From NCBI RefSeq assembly GCF_006345805.1, contig NC_042999.1, positions 65,906,001 through 65,970,000 of the forward strand: a DNA stretch of 64,000 bases, given 5' to 3'. A program made the translations under genes and the position numbers. Source of the stretch: Octopus sinensis. Lineage: Eukaryota. This document shows positions 51,787-64,000 of this stretch, piece after piece (position 1 is the first letter of the stretch; each line of letters opens with the position of its first letter). The notes beneath the pieces are model-generated. The model had not been told where the DNA came from, did no database searches, and saw nothing but the letters and a program-made list of their open reading frames with translations.

Positions 51787-52436
51787 TAATAATTATTTGA
51801 GGGAATATTAATCCTAACTTACAGGGAAAAAATTCAATTTAGAAATACTAAATCAAATTTCACGCAATATAATATATATATAAAAATTAGTAAAAAACAC
51901 TTTTTATCAATTCAAAATGAACAATTAAATTACACCATCTATAAAATTACATATAATAGAAATATTAAAATTAAAATAACAATAAAATATCGATTATTAA
52001 GTAAATTGTAAAATAAATAATAAAAAACGTATATAAATGGTAGAATAATATATATATATATATACGAAACGTTTCTTTGAATTTCGTTCAATTTTCTTTT
52101 GCCAAATCCAGTTACATGGCTCTAGTCGACCCGAGGTGTTCATAGACGACAGCTAGCCAAATACCGCACAGAGGAACTGAGCTTAGAAACAACTGGTAGA
52201 GAAGAAGAAAATCTCTCTTTTCACCACATACGTTTTACGTGTTTTTGCTATGGACTGCGGTTATGCTTGGCCACTGCCTGTAGGATTTTGTCGACAAAAT
52301 TAGACTAAGCACTCATGTTTTTGTTTTTATTTTTTGCTTTTTCTTAATGGGATAATTTATTCTATCGGCCCTTTTTGCCGAACCAGTACGATACAGAAAC
52401 TAAACAAGCTAAAATTACTCGCTAAGACGTGATATT

Positions 52437-52750
52437 TGGAGGCGCAATGGCCAAGTGGTTAGGGCAGCGAACTCGTGGTCGGAGGATCGCGGTTGCGATT
52501 TCCGGACCGGGCGTTTATTGAGTGTGTTTATTGAGCGAAAACACCTAAAGTTCCATGAGCCTCCGGCAGGGGGTGGTGGCGAACCCTGTTGTACTCTTTC
52601 TCCCCAACTTTCTCTCACCCCCTCTTTCTGTTTTTGAGTAACGCTGCGACGGATTGGCGTCCCGTCCAGCTGGGGGAAACAGGTACGCCAATGAAACCGG
52701 AAAACTGGGCCTATGAGCCTGGTTAGGCTTGAAAACGGTGCATAAATAAA
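52437..52750 (+). mobile_element. SINE family B with tail Y
   Basis: Family B head; the tail ctgcgacggattggcgtcccgtccagctggg...gagcctggttaggctt is shared with the 15185 copy. Confidence 0.9.
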
Positions 52751-53318
52751 TAATAAATACATGATATAGTGAAAAACACAGACACAACCACACGCGCATA
52801 TAAACCTAGCTCCAGTATACCAAAGTTACACTGAAAGCATTGCTCGGTTCGTGGACATAATATAACACACTATCCGCAGGTGCCGCGCAGTGGAATTCAA
52901 GCTGAAGCCACATCATTACAAAAATTGATTCTTAACCACACGAACATTCTCGTGGCTAAATAAATTATTTCTCCAAAGCTACATACACACGACGAAGCAG
53001 ATAGAGACACAGATGCCCGAACTTACATATATATGTAATTTATATGTTTGTGAGAGTTTCTAATATTCTCGTATGAACTCATTGTTAGTCGTTTCTAACT
53101 GAAATTTAGTTTGGTGTATATTTATTGATTTATTTGTATTATTACTAGGCCAACTAACTAAATTTCAGGCTAAAGAAATTGAAAAGTTATCTGATCTTCA
53201 GAGCTATTGTTGCGATACTGGTGCGCTATTAGTGCGCTATTGGTTTTGCTAGGAGCGTGAAATTAAACGCGCGGCATGTGTTCAGTTAATTTCCACTTCA
53301 AGCTATATAGTTATTTCA

Positions 53319-53319
53319 G

Positions 53320-53361
<42 letters not shown>

Positions 53362-53410
53362 TTCATCATCATCATCATTATTATTATTATTATTATTATT
53401 TTCATCATCA

Positions 53411-53442
<32 letters not shown>

Positions 53443-53518
53443 TTCATCATCATCATTAGTATTGTTATTATTTTCCTCATCATCATCATCATTATTATTA
53501 TTTTCCTCATCATCATCA

Positions 53519-53565
<47 letters not shown>

Positions 53566-53571
53566 GCTATT
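53319..53571. repeat. Compound (ATT)n/(CAT)n trinucleotide microsatellite
   Basis: Read directly; alternating blocks. Confidence 0.98.
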
Positions 53572-54492
53572 ATCATGGTTATTATTTATTATTTAACCCG
53601 ATTATCATTGATGCAGTTATCTGTTAGCTAGCAGAATTATTCAGTTATTTTATTTATTTTAGTTTCGTTTTTTATATTTTTTTGCTTTTGCTTTTGTTTT
53701 CAATATCTTCTTTCTTTGTGAATTAATGATGTTGACGGTAGCTTTGCTGTCTAAAAATCACAGTAATTAGAAATCTAATTAGATGTGAGATTATAAAAGC
53801 TAAATAATAATAGTAATAAATGAATATATAAAGAAATAAACAAACAAGCAAATAAATAAAAAGAAGAACATCTAAAATTCATAGCTGACAAAATAAAAAA
53901 AAAAGACAAAATGTATAGGAAAGATTAATGAAAAATAAGAAAAAAACCCTGACAAAGGAAAATGAATGAAGAACAAAGAAGAGAAAATGGTAGAGAAAAG
54001 AGCGGAAGTAAGATAATAGAATTTTTCAAGCAAATCTTCGTCTTTATAATATTAACGAGAAAATATATTTTTATAACTAGAATTTTCGTATCAAAAAATT
54101 TGTAGCAGCAGCAGCAGCGTTAGTTTTAGTAGTTGTAGCAGCAGCAACTGTGATTACATTTTCCAGTGAGGCCATTCATTTTATTCTGATGACACTACTA
54201 TAGATCAACAGTGTATGTAAGAGCTGTTGCATGTTGTGGTGGACAAGAGTTTGCTATGAATACCGTTATCTGAGACAGCCGTTGCTGCTTCTGCCTTATG
54301 ATATAAGACCACGTCTAGACTGTCCGACTCTCTTTTCTTTTTATTCCATATAATACAATGACCCACGTGTATCTCATTTTGTGATGAGACTTCTAAGGAA
54401 AATGTACAAGCTCATTTGTTGCATCTGTTCATACATATATATAAACAGATACAGATATGTGCATGTATGCATGTGCACACGTATATATATAG

Positions 54493-54526
<34 letters not shown>

Positions 54527-55314
54527 TATAAATTTTGCATCTTTTCATTTGTCTTGCTCGCTTTCGTTCTGGCGTTTGCTAAATTATCTTGAGGAGAATC
54601 CCTTCTTAGTGGCAAGACCATAGTGGGGGCTACTTATAGCATAATGGATGCCCACTTAGTGGTCATCCTTCTTATATGTATATAATATATATATATATAT
54701 ATATATATTTGAAATGTGACAATTTCACTGATGCACACATACACGCACACATGCACACATGCACTTATACACATATATATATATATGCATATGTGTATAA
54801 GTGCATGTGTGCATGTGTGCGTGTATGTGTGCATCAGTTAAATTGTCACATTTCAAAGATTTGGAGTTAAGCTTTCATTTCTTCCCCAGTGTAGAAAGGC
54901 ACATTTTTTTCTCTCAGTATTTCTTCCCGTTCACACAACTCGTTTATATTTACAGCCAGATCTACAGACCTTCCTTACATACATGCATACATACATACAT
55001 ACATACATACATACATGCATGCATGCATACATGCATACATACATACATACTGTACATAGTGGAATATGTAATATATTGCTTAAGTACCAATTTCGAGAAA
55101 TTAGGTTTCTCAAAACAAGAAACGTGTGATTTTACAGATCCAAGCCATCATTCGAACTGTAAAAGTCTGTAAAACATTCCGGAAGATTATCATTTGCGTT
55201 CATATGTGAATATCTAGATATGTAACAATAAACATGTAATATATATATATACATACAAATATATATATACATATATATATATACATATACATATATATAC
55301 ATATATATATATAT

Positions 55315-55652
55315 GTGAAGGCGCATGGCTCAGTGGTTAGAGCGTCGAGCTTACGATCGTGAGGTTGTGAGCTCGAATCCCGGACCGGGCTGCGTGTTGT
55401 GTTCTTGAGCAAGGCACTTTATTTCACGTTGCTCCAGTTCACTCAGCTGTAGAAATGAGTTGCGACGTCACAGGTGCCAAGCTGTATCGACCTTTGTCTT
55501 TCCCTTGGATAACACTGGTGGCGTGGAGAGGGGAGGCCGGTACGCATGGGCGACTACTGGTCTTCCATAAAACAACCTTGCCCAGACTTGGGCCTCAGAG
55601 GGTAACTCTCTAGGTGCAAACCCATGGTCACTCATGACCGAAGGGGGTCTTT
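55315..55652 (+). mobile_element. SINE family D with tail Z
   Basis: Family D head and CORE-like segment, followed by a tail seen only once in this window. Confidence 0.88.
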
Positions 55653-55833
55653 ATATATATATACATATATATATATATATAGATATATATATCTACACAC
55701 ACATATATATATACAAAATTTAGATAAATATAGATATATATATATATATATATATCTATATATATATACATATATATATATAGATATATATATCTACACA
55801 CACATATATATATGTATATATATGCATATATAT

Positions 55834-56425
55834 ATACAAAATTTAGAAGACTAACCACTAAAAGTGGACAGCCTTTATGCTAGATATAGACGTCAACTCG
55901 CCATTTTCCACAAAGAATGTGTTCTCAAGAAAAAATTCCGCAAAAAACCAACGCGTAAAATTAAGCAAGACAAATGAAAATATGCGAAATAAAAAAACGA
56001 TTACCTATATACTAATTATTTTCAATTGTTTATATTTACGTATATGGATACGCAAACATCTGCAAGTTCATCAGCATAGTCTGTCGTTTACAAAACACTA
56101 TTTTCAGAACTAGATACAGGACGATCAACCAAAATCCAGCATGTATAAAGTTCAACAAATTATGTTTATGTGTATCTTTCAAATGCCTTCACTTTGACGC
56201 GCTGAGGTCCATATATCAATATACGTAAATATTAACAAGTGAAACTAATCAGTACATAGGTAATCGGCTTTTATTTCGTATATTTTCACTTGTCTTGCTT
56301 ATTTTTACACTTTGTTTGCTGAGTTTTTTCTTGAGAACACATTCTTCGTGGAAAATGGCGAGTTGTCGTCTATATCTAGCATAAAGGCTGTTCACATTTA
56401 GTGGTCATTCTTCTAAATTTTGTAT
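55834..56425. mobile_element. Fold-back element with inverted arms of about 215 bp and a spacer of about 163 bp
   Basis: 55834-56050 matches the reverse complement of 56214-56425 at roughly 85-90% by eye. Confidence 0.9.
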
Positions 56426-56508
56426 GTAAAAAAAATTTTAATCTTCGGATTTTTTTAAATATGCTAGGCCACTGGTTTTAGTTGTTTAATATCAATTTTT
56501 ACCCCTAT

Positions 56509-57057
<549 letters not shown>

Positions 57058-57339
57058 ACACACACACACACGCATATATATATAATTATATATTATATAT
57101 ATATATATTTATATATGTATATACATGTCCTTGTCTATGGTCCAAATGTTTACGTCGCTGCCTCAACTAAACTGAATAATATGGAGTTGTTCGGAAGGTG
57201 ATGACATTTAGTTGATAAATACCTTGCTTTCTTTCGCTTAAATATTACGTTTTTCTTCTGCGAGAGCTTTTTATTATTAGATGGTAGGCAGAGAAGTTGA
57301 TATGCAGGCCATGATACTCTCATAGAATGTGACTAAATG

Positions 57340-58606
57340 AAAATAATTTTTCACGACAATCCACTTTGCGGTCCATGCATTTTTACCATATGCGTTGCAT
57401 GCCTGGATCCCATTGGTGAAGAAACTTTCATTCTGTTGGTCAAACAATTCATCAACAGTTGTTATTTGTTCCTTCTCGAGCAACGACTGGCTCGTAAGGA
57501 TCGGTTTGCTGGTTTCCTCCGCGTATAGGTTCCACTCCTGGACGGGACACCGGGTCGTCGCAGGTGAGCTGCAAGATGCAGGAGGAAAGAGTGAGAGAAA
57601 GTTATGGCGAAAGAGACAGCGTGGAGCTTAGGTGTTTCGCTCATAAACAGACACACATCGCCCGGTCTGAGATTCAAACCCGCGATCCCTCGACCGCGAG
57701 TCCGCTGCTCTAACCACTAGGCCATGTGCCTACACTCATCAACAGTAGTACAACAAAATCAACCTGCAGTTCTAGTTCAAAGCCAAATAGATTTGTGTGT
57801 GTGTGTGTGTGTGTGTGTTGGGGAACATATAATAGTCAAATGACATTTAGTGAGGGTAAGATGGTTGTTGACCAACCAGTTCAACATGACAGTCACGCAC
57901 AACAGTCATTGAAAGCAAGGTCTTGTGAGCTGGGACAGTATCCTCATAAAAAAAGACTCTTTTCGTCCGTTTTTCTTGGGGTTTACTCTTGATAGCCTTT
58001 CATAACTGTCTCATGAAGTTTGCTGAATACTGCCCATGATGTGGCCCTTTTCAAGATGCTCAATAAACACAGTGCATTTTGCATCCGAAAGTACTGAGGC
58101 CACCACCTTCACTGCAGATGAAACGATCTTGGAGCAGATGAGGCGGGGTAAGGACACGTTCATGGAAACTAGCTGTCTCTGCTTGAAACAATGTCAAAAT
58201 TCCCCTGATGTGATGAGCCTGGTGCGATTTTACTCACATGTTGGAAGAAATCTCACTCACCGAGTAGAAACGATTGTCAAGCGCAAAGGTTTCATAACTC
58301 TCTCACGAGATATCCTAACAACATCGGCTATTTGATTTAAAGTCAATAATTTGTCATCCATCAGCATGTGGTGAACACGAACATTGTTTCCCTCGGTGTT
58401 GGCAGCTGCAAGAATTCCCGACATTGGGTCTTGTTAAAGACTCTCATTTCAGCTCTTATATTCAACTGCACACTTACACACTGTTGATAAAGCTGGAGCC
58501 CTATCTTTTGGTGTAGCCTATATGTCAGCTTGAATGTCGTTGGAGACTAAACCATTTTTTCTGCAGGCACTTCATGATACAATGATGTCAATTTTTATTT
58601 CTCCAT
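57340..58606 (-). pseudogene. Mariner transposase pseudogene
   Basis: Fragments RAPALSTVCK, VRVHHMLMDDKLLTLNQIA, KVVASVLSDAKCTVFIEHLEKG, EDTVPAHK, FDYYMFPN and TVDELFDQQNESFFTNGIQ, with many stops and frameshifts. Confidence 0.88.
57460..57735 (-). mobile_element. SINE family B with tail V, inserted in the mariner
   Basis: Perfect 11-bp TSD tcatcaacagt at 57449-57459 and 57736-57746. Confidence 0.9.
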
Positions 58607-58829
58607 TTTCATGAGGAATCGCTCCTATTTACTTTCGAATCTTCTTTGAACAATGAGATGTTAGTTAACCTGCATAGAAACAATGCTCTCATTGATAAGA
58701 AATATTGATATTAATGGCTGAACTTAATCCATTTAAAACAATGGTTGAACTTAATCCATTTAACATTTCAAAGCTCTAATAGTACTCCATAATTAGCCAT
58801 TTGAACTATTTAGCACACCGTTGTATATA

Positions 58830-59030
58830 CGAGGTGGGTGTATGAAACGTTTTGAGTCTTCAAACCCTTTGAGTCTTAAAGCACAAGACTTGTGTACTTT
58901 CATCAGAAGTCTTGTGCCTTCATCATAAGACTTGTATCTTCATCAGATGTCTTGTACCATGTTTTGTTTTGTTTTTGAGGCTTGTACCATGTTATGTTTT
59001 TGAGGCTCAATATTTTTCATACACCCCTCG
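58830..59030. mobile_element. Mariner-type MITE
   Basis: TIRs cgaggtgggtgtatgaaacgttttgagtct versus the reverse complement cgaggggtgtatgaaaaatattgagcct, with TA on both sides. Confidence 0.88.
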
Positions 59031-59512
59031 TATAAATACACATATTCACATGCCAACACAGATACATAAATACACGCATGTACACAGATATTCACACGCA
59101 AAAACATGCACTTACTCTAACGCACGCACGCACGTGCAGACCCTCACCCCACACACAAACACGCACAAACGTACTCACGATCCCCCACACACACGCATGG
59201 ACGAACACACCTATGCATATCTCAAATGAAATTAAGTATTATTTTCCGAGTACCTTTTTAAAAACATATTTTAAAAGCAATTTGTTAGTTAAATTTATTT
59301 CAAAGAAATATTGTTAAATTTCAAAGCGATGGAGTATGATACTTAATTTTGATATCCAGACTGATGTATTTAAACATAATATGATCTCACTGCTAATTGC
59401 TATCTTATGCTGTGCGGCACATTTTACATGCACAGTTTTCATTGGATTGTAGCAATAAAACAATGTCCCAACACACTCTGTTTTGACTCTATGAAGATAT
59501 GTTTATTTAGTA

Positions 59513-60018
59513 CCAGCAGTATCGCCCGGCGTTGCTCGGGTTTGTAAGGGAAATAACTATATAAGCATTTTTAGAGAGTTACTTCCCTTATAGATGCCAA
59601 TTCGGGCTTTCTTAGCCATTTCTGTTTTGGTGTCTTCAAGCCATGAAGTCGTTGTTCTAAAAGAACGCTGGTCTCCTTGACAACGCTTTACGACGTTGAT
59701 TTCCTTACACTCCCTTCCCCACAGCTGCACGAGGGAGGGAAGAAGCAACACAGGTGCAGATGTGAGCATGGACGCCAAATCCGCCGCCATCAACACACGA
59801 AAAAATATGCATTAAAATGGAATAAAAAAATGATGTTAAATTATTTTTTAAATCGTAGACTCATCGTAGACGCGCGCGAATACCCAGACGGGCTCGATAT
59901 GAAGCACGACTATAAGATACCCGAATTTGGTTAAACTGCACCGCAAAATGTGGGAGTAGTTAGGAATCTAAATCGAAGGGGACAGACACTCACACAACTA
60001 CAGTTTTATATAAATAGA
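59513..60018 (-). mobile_element. Non-autonomous Helitron, second copy with a different interior
   Basis: Shares both ends with 19361-19756; the terminal CTAG has mutated to CTGG. Confidence 0.85.
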
Positions 60019-60711
60019 TGATTTAAAGTAATTTTATCTGCTAATACTAGCAAGACCAATAACCACACGGATAGTCATTTTTTCGGCTCATGCTTACAGG
60101 AGAGTGTGATGAGAGTGATATTTGATTTATATGAATCGAGCGATAGCATATACGCTTCCCAATTAGCAAGCCATATCAGAAACCATTAAAGATTTCAATC
60201 GCCATTAGAACTACATGCTTTGCAATCTCAATTATCATGAAATGGAAATTGGCTTCTGACCCCACGGGAGTTGTTATGAGGTTTTCAAACAGGAATTACG
60301 CAGTAGTAGTCGCAGCTATCACTCTTTATTATAAAGACGCTGTCAACTTCAATATTTTTAAGGTAGTGGACGGACCGTTTTTTAGAATATTGTTAGTAAT
60401 TAATTATTTAGGGCGGGCGAAATTCGATTCCAAGATCACTTCAGTCATTTAGTGCATCAATCGCATCACACTGAGAGGGAAGTAAAAGTTTTCACCACCA
60501 TCTCTTTCTCTTCCACTTCTCCTCGCATTTATACTACAAAACTTCTGATTCAGATACACAGTTATACATGTTGAAAAGTATAAAGCAGTCGGTGACGTCG
60601 ATCGTGTAATTCATGTGAAATTGTATCCAACCCAGGCGGTATCAAACACCAGGTTGAATTTGAACTCAGAATGTAAAATGACGTATCTAGATTTCCAATT
60701 TATGTATTTTT

Positions 60712-60930
60712 TTTTACTACCCACAAGGGGCTAAACACAAAGGGGACAAACAAGGACAGACATAGGTATTAAGTCGTTTACATCGACTCCAGTGCGTAAC
60801 TGGTACTTAATTTATCGACCCCGAAAGGATGAAAGGCAAAGTCGACCTCGGCAGAATTTGAACTCAGAACGTAACGACAGACGAAATACGGCTAGGCATT
60901 TCGCCCGACGTGCTAACGTTTCTGCCAGGA
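60712..60930 (-). mobile_element. SINE family A
   Basis: Co-linear match to the other copies. Confidence 0.9.
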
Positions 60931-62869
60931 CGCCGCCCTCAATTTCTGTATATTGATATACGTACATCGTCACATGTTTTTCTAACCCTTTTGTATAGCA
61001 TGTTATGTAGTAGAATAAGGATGATTATGCTGACTGTAAGTATCATTTCTTTATGTAATAAATATTATTGTTCAAGTTATTATCATGATTATAGTTATTA
61101 TAATAATTAGCTCTGTAACTGCATCGTCAATTCCGATGGCCATTTGAAAGCAATTAAAACTAGCTTTTAATAAAAGCGTCTTCATAGCATACAATCCATA
61201 TTTGCTATGGACTTGTTACAACACATCATGCGTTGCCAGGATAGAGTCTACTCAAAGTTCTTTTGTCAAAAGTAATATATTTGACCAATATTTCATTCAG
61301 TAAGCATTCCATACATATATAACTGAATTGGCATAATAAGTACTAGATATAAAACCTGCCACTCTTACAAAGTTTTAGAATAAACTATTGAAATGTTATT
61401 CAGTAAACGCTCGCTACAAGTATATTTCCTATCGTTAATATAAATGAGTACCTGCATAAATAAAATATATCACAATATCCATACTTTCAGATAAGCGTAT
61501 CGTATTGAGAATACAAATATATGTATGTAAGTATGTATATATGTGTGTATGTATGTATGTATGTATGTATGTATGTATGTATGTATGTATGTATGTATGT
61601 ATGTATGTATGCATGTATGTATGTATGTGTGTATGTATGTATGTATGTATGTATGTATGTATGTATGTATGTATGTATATACATTTAACAGTACATCATG
61701 CATTATTGAATATATCATTGCTGCTACTTCACTGAGTCGTTTTCGTGACAAATGTGTTAATAATATAATTTTGGTGGTTTTTACTACATTCATAATTTCA
61801 TGCTTAATAAAGCACATCTTTCATTTTCAATGTCCTTCATGCGTATGGCGATGTATTGGTTTGAAAAGCATCAGCACACATCAGGAAATAATGTGTTTGC
61901 TGAGCTATATAAACAAGAGCCACAAGGCTTCTTTATAATTATTGATCCACGGTTAACTTTGAGCGAAGAGACACAACCAAATGGAAACCGGCGCGGTGGC
62001 TAGAACCCATTTATTGTGATGAATCGATCAAATTCTGAACACGTACTCTGAAAGGAGAAATTGCTCCTCAAACATAGATGTGTATATACACAGATGTCTA
62101 TATATCAACGTAGACATTTATGTATCATATTCCATAATTATATACTGTGTACATATACGTTATTCGGTAGCATCCAGCTCGAGCCCCAGATTTGTCTCGG
62201 CTACATTCCAGATTATTCGCTCTTTCCTGTACTAGGAACGACAAAAATCTTGTTTAGGTATATGACTGCACTCATCCAGTCATGGACATGGTTGAAAAAA
62301 TCCCAAATTGCATCCAATGTTCTCTCTACCTGCAGTCTGGGCCACTTTTTTCTCCATCGTTTATATATTTATTTTGGAGGTAAAGCATCCCTTAAGCGAT
62401 TCTATCTCGGAAGAAAACCGCAGTAAATTGCCTCTCGACGGAGTATATACATTATGTATGATACACATATGACTTCTTGAATTGAACACTGCTTCTATAG
62501 TTGCGCACACCTGATTGTATACATGTAAGTGTGCGTGCCTGTATTTGCTTGTGTGTGTGTGGGGGGGGCGCATGCAAGAGAGTCTGTAAAACAATGTTGA
62601 AATTTATCATAAAAGGAAAAAATAATCAAGACTTGTGTATTTTCGTCTCCCAAATTAGTCAATACCGTGACTCTTTGCCCTTTCATTAGTTTTACCACTG
62701 AGAGAAGGTATGTTGTATTTAGTAACCAATAAGTACAGATTAATTATTTAACCGGCTATAATACACACACACATGACAGATGTATATAGAAATTCTCATA
62801 ATCGTTAAAAATTATTTAAATCTGAAATTATACATTGAAATCATTTATTAATTGTGATAATGTGAATAT

Positions 62870-63575
62870 TTAGTATTTAGTAGACATTATCTTTGCACTT
62901 CCAATGCAAGGATCCTATTAGGCATGTTACTGATCAGATGACGAATATTCTTTTGCGGAATTTCTTGACAAGTTTCATGTAGTAATTTCAAGAGAACTGG
63001 CTTTCAAGGTGCTTTTCTGTTCTTTTTATGGCTCAGATTGGCCATTTGCTCCAAACGGCTCCCCAGACCATCACCGTGTTTCATTGTTGGCTGCAATCTT
63101 TTCACATCAACTTCTTGACCACAGTGACTCCAGACCCATACTTGACCACTGTACGGAAATAAAGGAAAACCTGGACTCATCAGAAAATATGACAGAGTCC
63201 CAAACTGCTAGTAGTCTCTCAAATATGTCACTTGCTCAATCTTTTCTCCGCTTGGTGTTGGCTGGTCGAAGAATTGGCTACCTTCTTGCTGCTCTGCCAT
63301 AGTAGGCAAGTTTGAGGAGATACCCGACACCTATTCTGGGACCAACATGAACTTGTTGCGCTATCTCAGAGGCCTTGCAACGAGAATTATCCTGGGCGAG
63401 ATGATTTAGGTTCCTTGCCCTCTCTGGTGAATTGCTCAATTGCTCTATTAACTGTAGAAAGCAGGATCCCAAGGTTTTCTGCGATTTTATGCTGAGTATA
63501 TCCACCTTCAGAATGACGCACAATACGGCCTTTTGAAATTCAATGTGGTCCAAGACTCCTTTTGTTCGAATGCAT
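62870..63575 (-). pseudogene. Tc1 transposase relic, internally deleted
   Basis: [52 protein letters not shown] and the C-terminal IPQKNIRHLISNMPNRI; the segment carrying the second D and the E is missing. Confidence 0.85.
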
Positions 63576-63726
63576 TGATTAAAAGTACATACAGAAAGTG
63601 AAACATAAAAATGTCGATAAAAAATATAAACCATTACAAGTTTGAATAAACATAAAACGATGTTTATGGCGTATCTACTTCCGTCATATCTGTGTGTGTG
63701 CGTGTATACAAACACAAACACCCACC

Positions 63727-63760
<34 letters not shown>

Positions 63761-63763
<3 letters not shown>

Positions 63764-63990
63764 TTCTTTACTACCCACAAGGGGCTAAACACAGAGGGGA
63801 CAAACAAGGACAGACAAAGGGATTAAGTCGATTACATAGACCCCAGTGCGTAACTGGTACTTAATTTATCGACCCCGAAAGGATGAAAGGCAAAGTCGAC
63901 CTCGGCGGAATTTGAACTCGGAACGTAACGACATACGAAATACGGCTACGCAGGTCGCCCGGCGTGCTAACGTTTCTGCCAGCTCGCCTT
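63761..63990 (-). mobile_element. SINE family A, near full length
   Basis: Co-linear match to the other copies. Confidence 0.92.
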
Positions 63991-64000
63991 AGTTATATAT

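Larger units (their letters stand above)
57280..58823 (-). mobile_element. Decayed full-length mariner with a nested SINE
   Basis: Degenerate TIRs at both ends (gatggtaggcagagaagttg, and the reverse complement caacggtgtgctaaatagttc), with a transposase relic between them. Confidence 0.82.

Noticed and set aside
58880-58960. Short periodic repeats that resemble a CRISPR array
   Set aside because: Irregular units of about 20 nt inside a MITE, with no unique spacers or cas genes, in eukaryotic context.
63177-63183. Minus-strand CTGATGA
   Set aside because: These are the Ser-Asp-Glu codons of the Tc1 SDES motif.

Overview
This is AT-rich, repeat-dense eukaryotic DNA. The SINE families and microsatellite style look like a coleoid cephalopod, most likely Octopus; that is an inference from pattern recognition, not a search. 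I could not support any intact host protein-coding gene, rRNA, true tRNA or CRISPR array. Most ORFs in the track are translations of (TA)n/(CA)n/(TATG)n microsatellites or SINEs. The window holds decayed DNA transposons: a DD36E-spaced Tc1, a second Tc1, a full-length mariner with a nested SINE, several MITEs and two non-autonomous Helitrons. It also holds an RTE LINE 3' end, an ORF1-only L1/Tx1-like element, and at least four tRNA-headed SINE families with swapped tails. The most striking signal is a set of minimal type I hammerhead ribozyme folds in unrelated repeat families. They sit at 12351-12396 (intact core), 37251-37310 (intact core), 48648-48692 (minus strand), 46817-46866 and 2819-2854, with weaker remnants elsewhere. 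One lies behind a Pol III tRNA-like head. At least two lie inside elements bounded by inverted repeats. Four large fold-back elements could also form long dsRNA. All folds were worked out by eye and need computational and biochemical confirmation.
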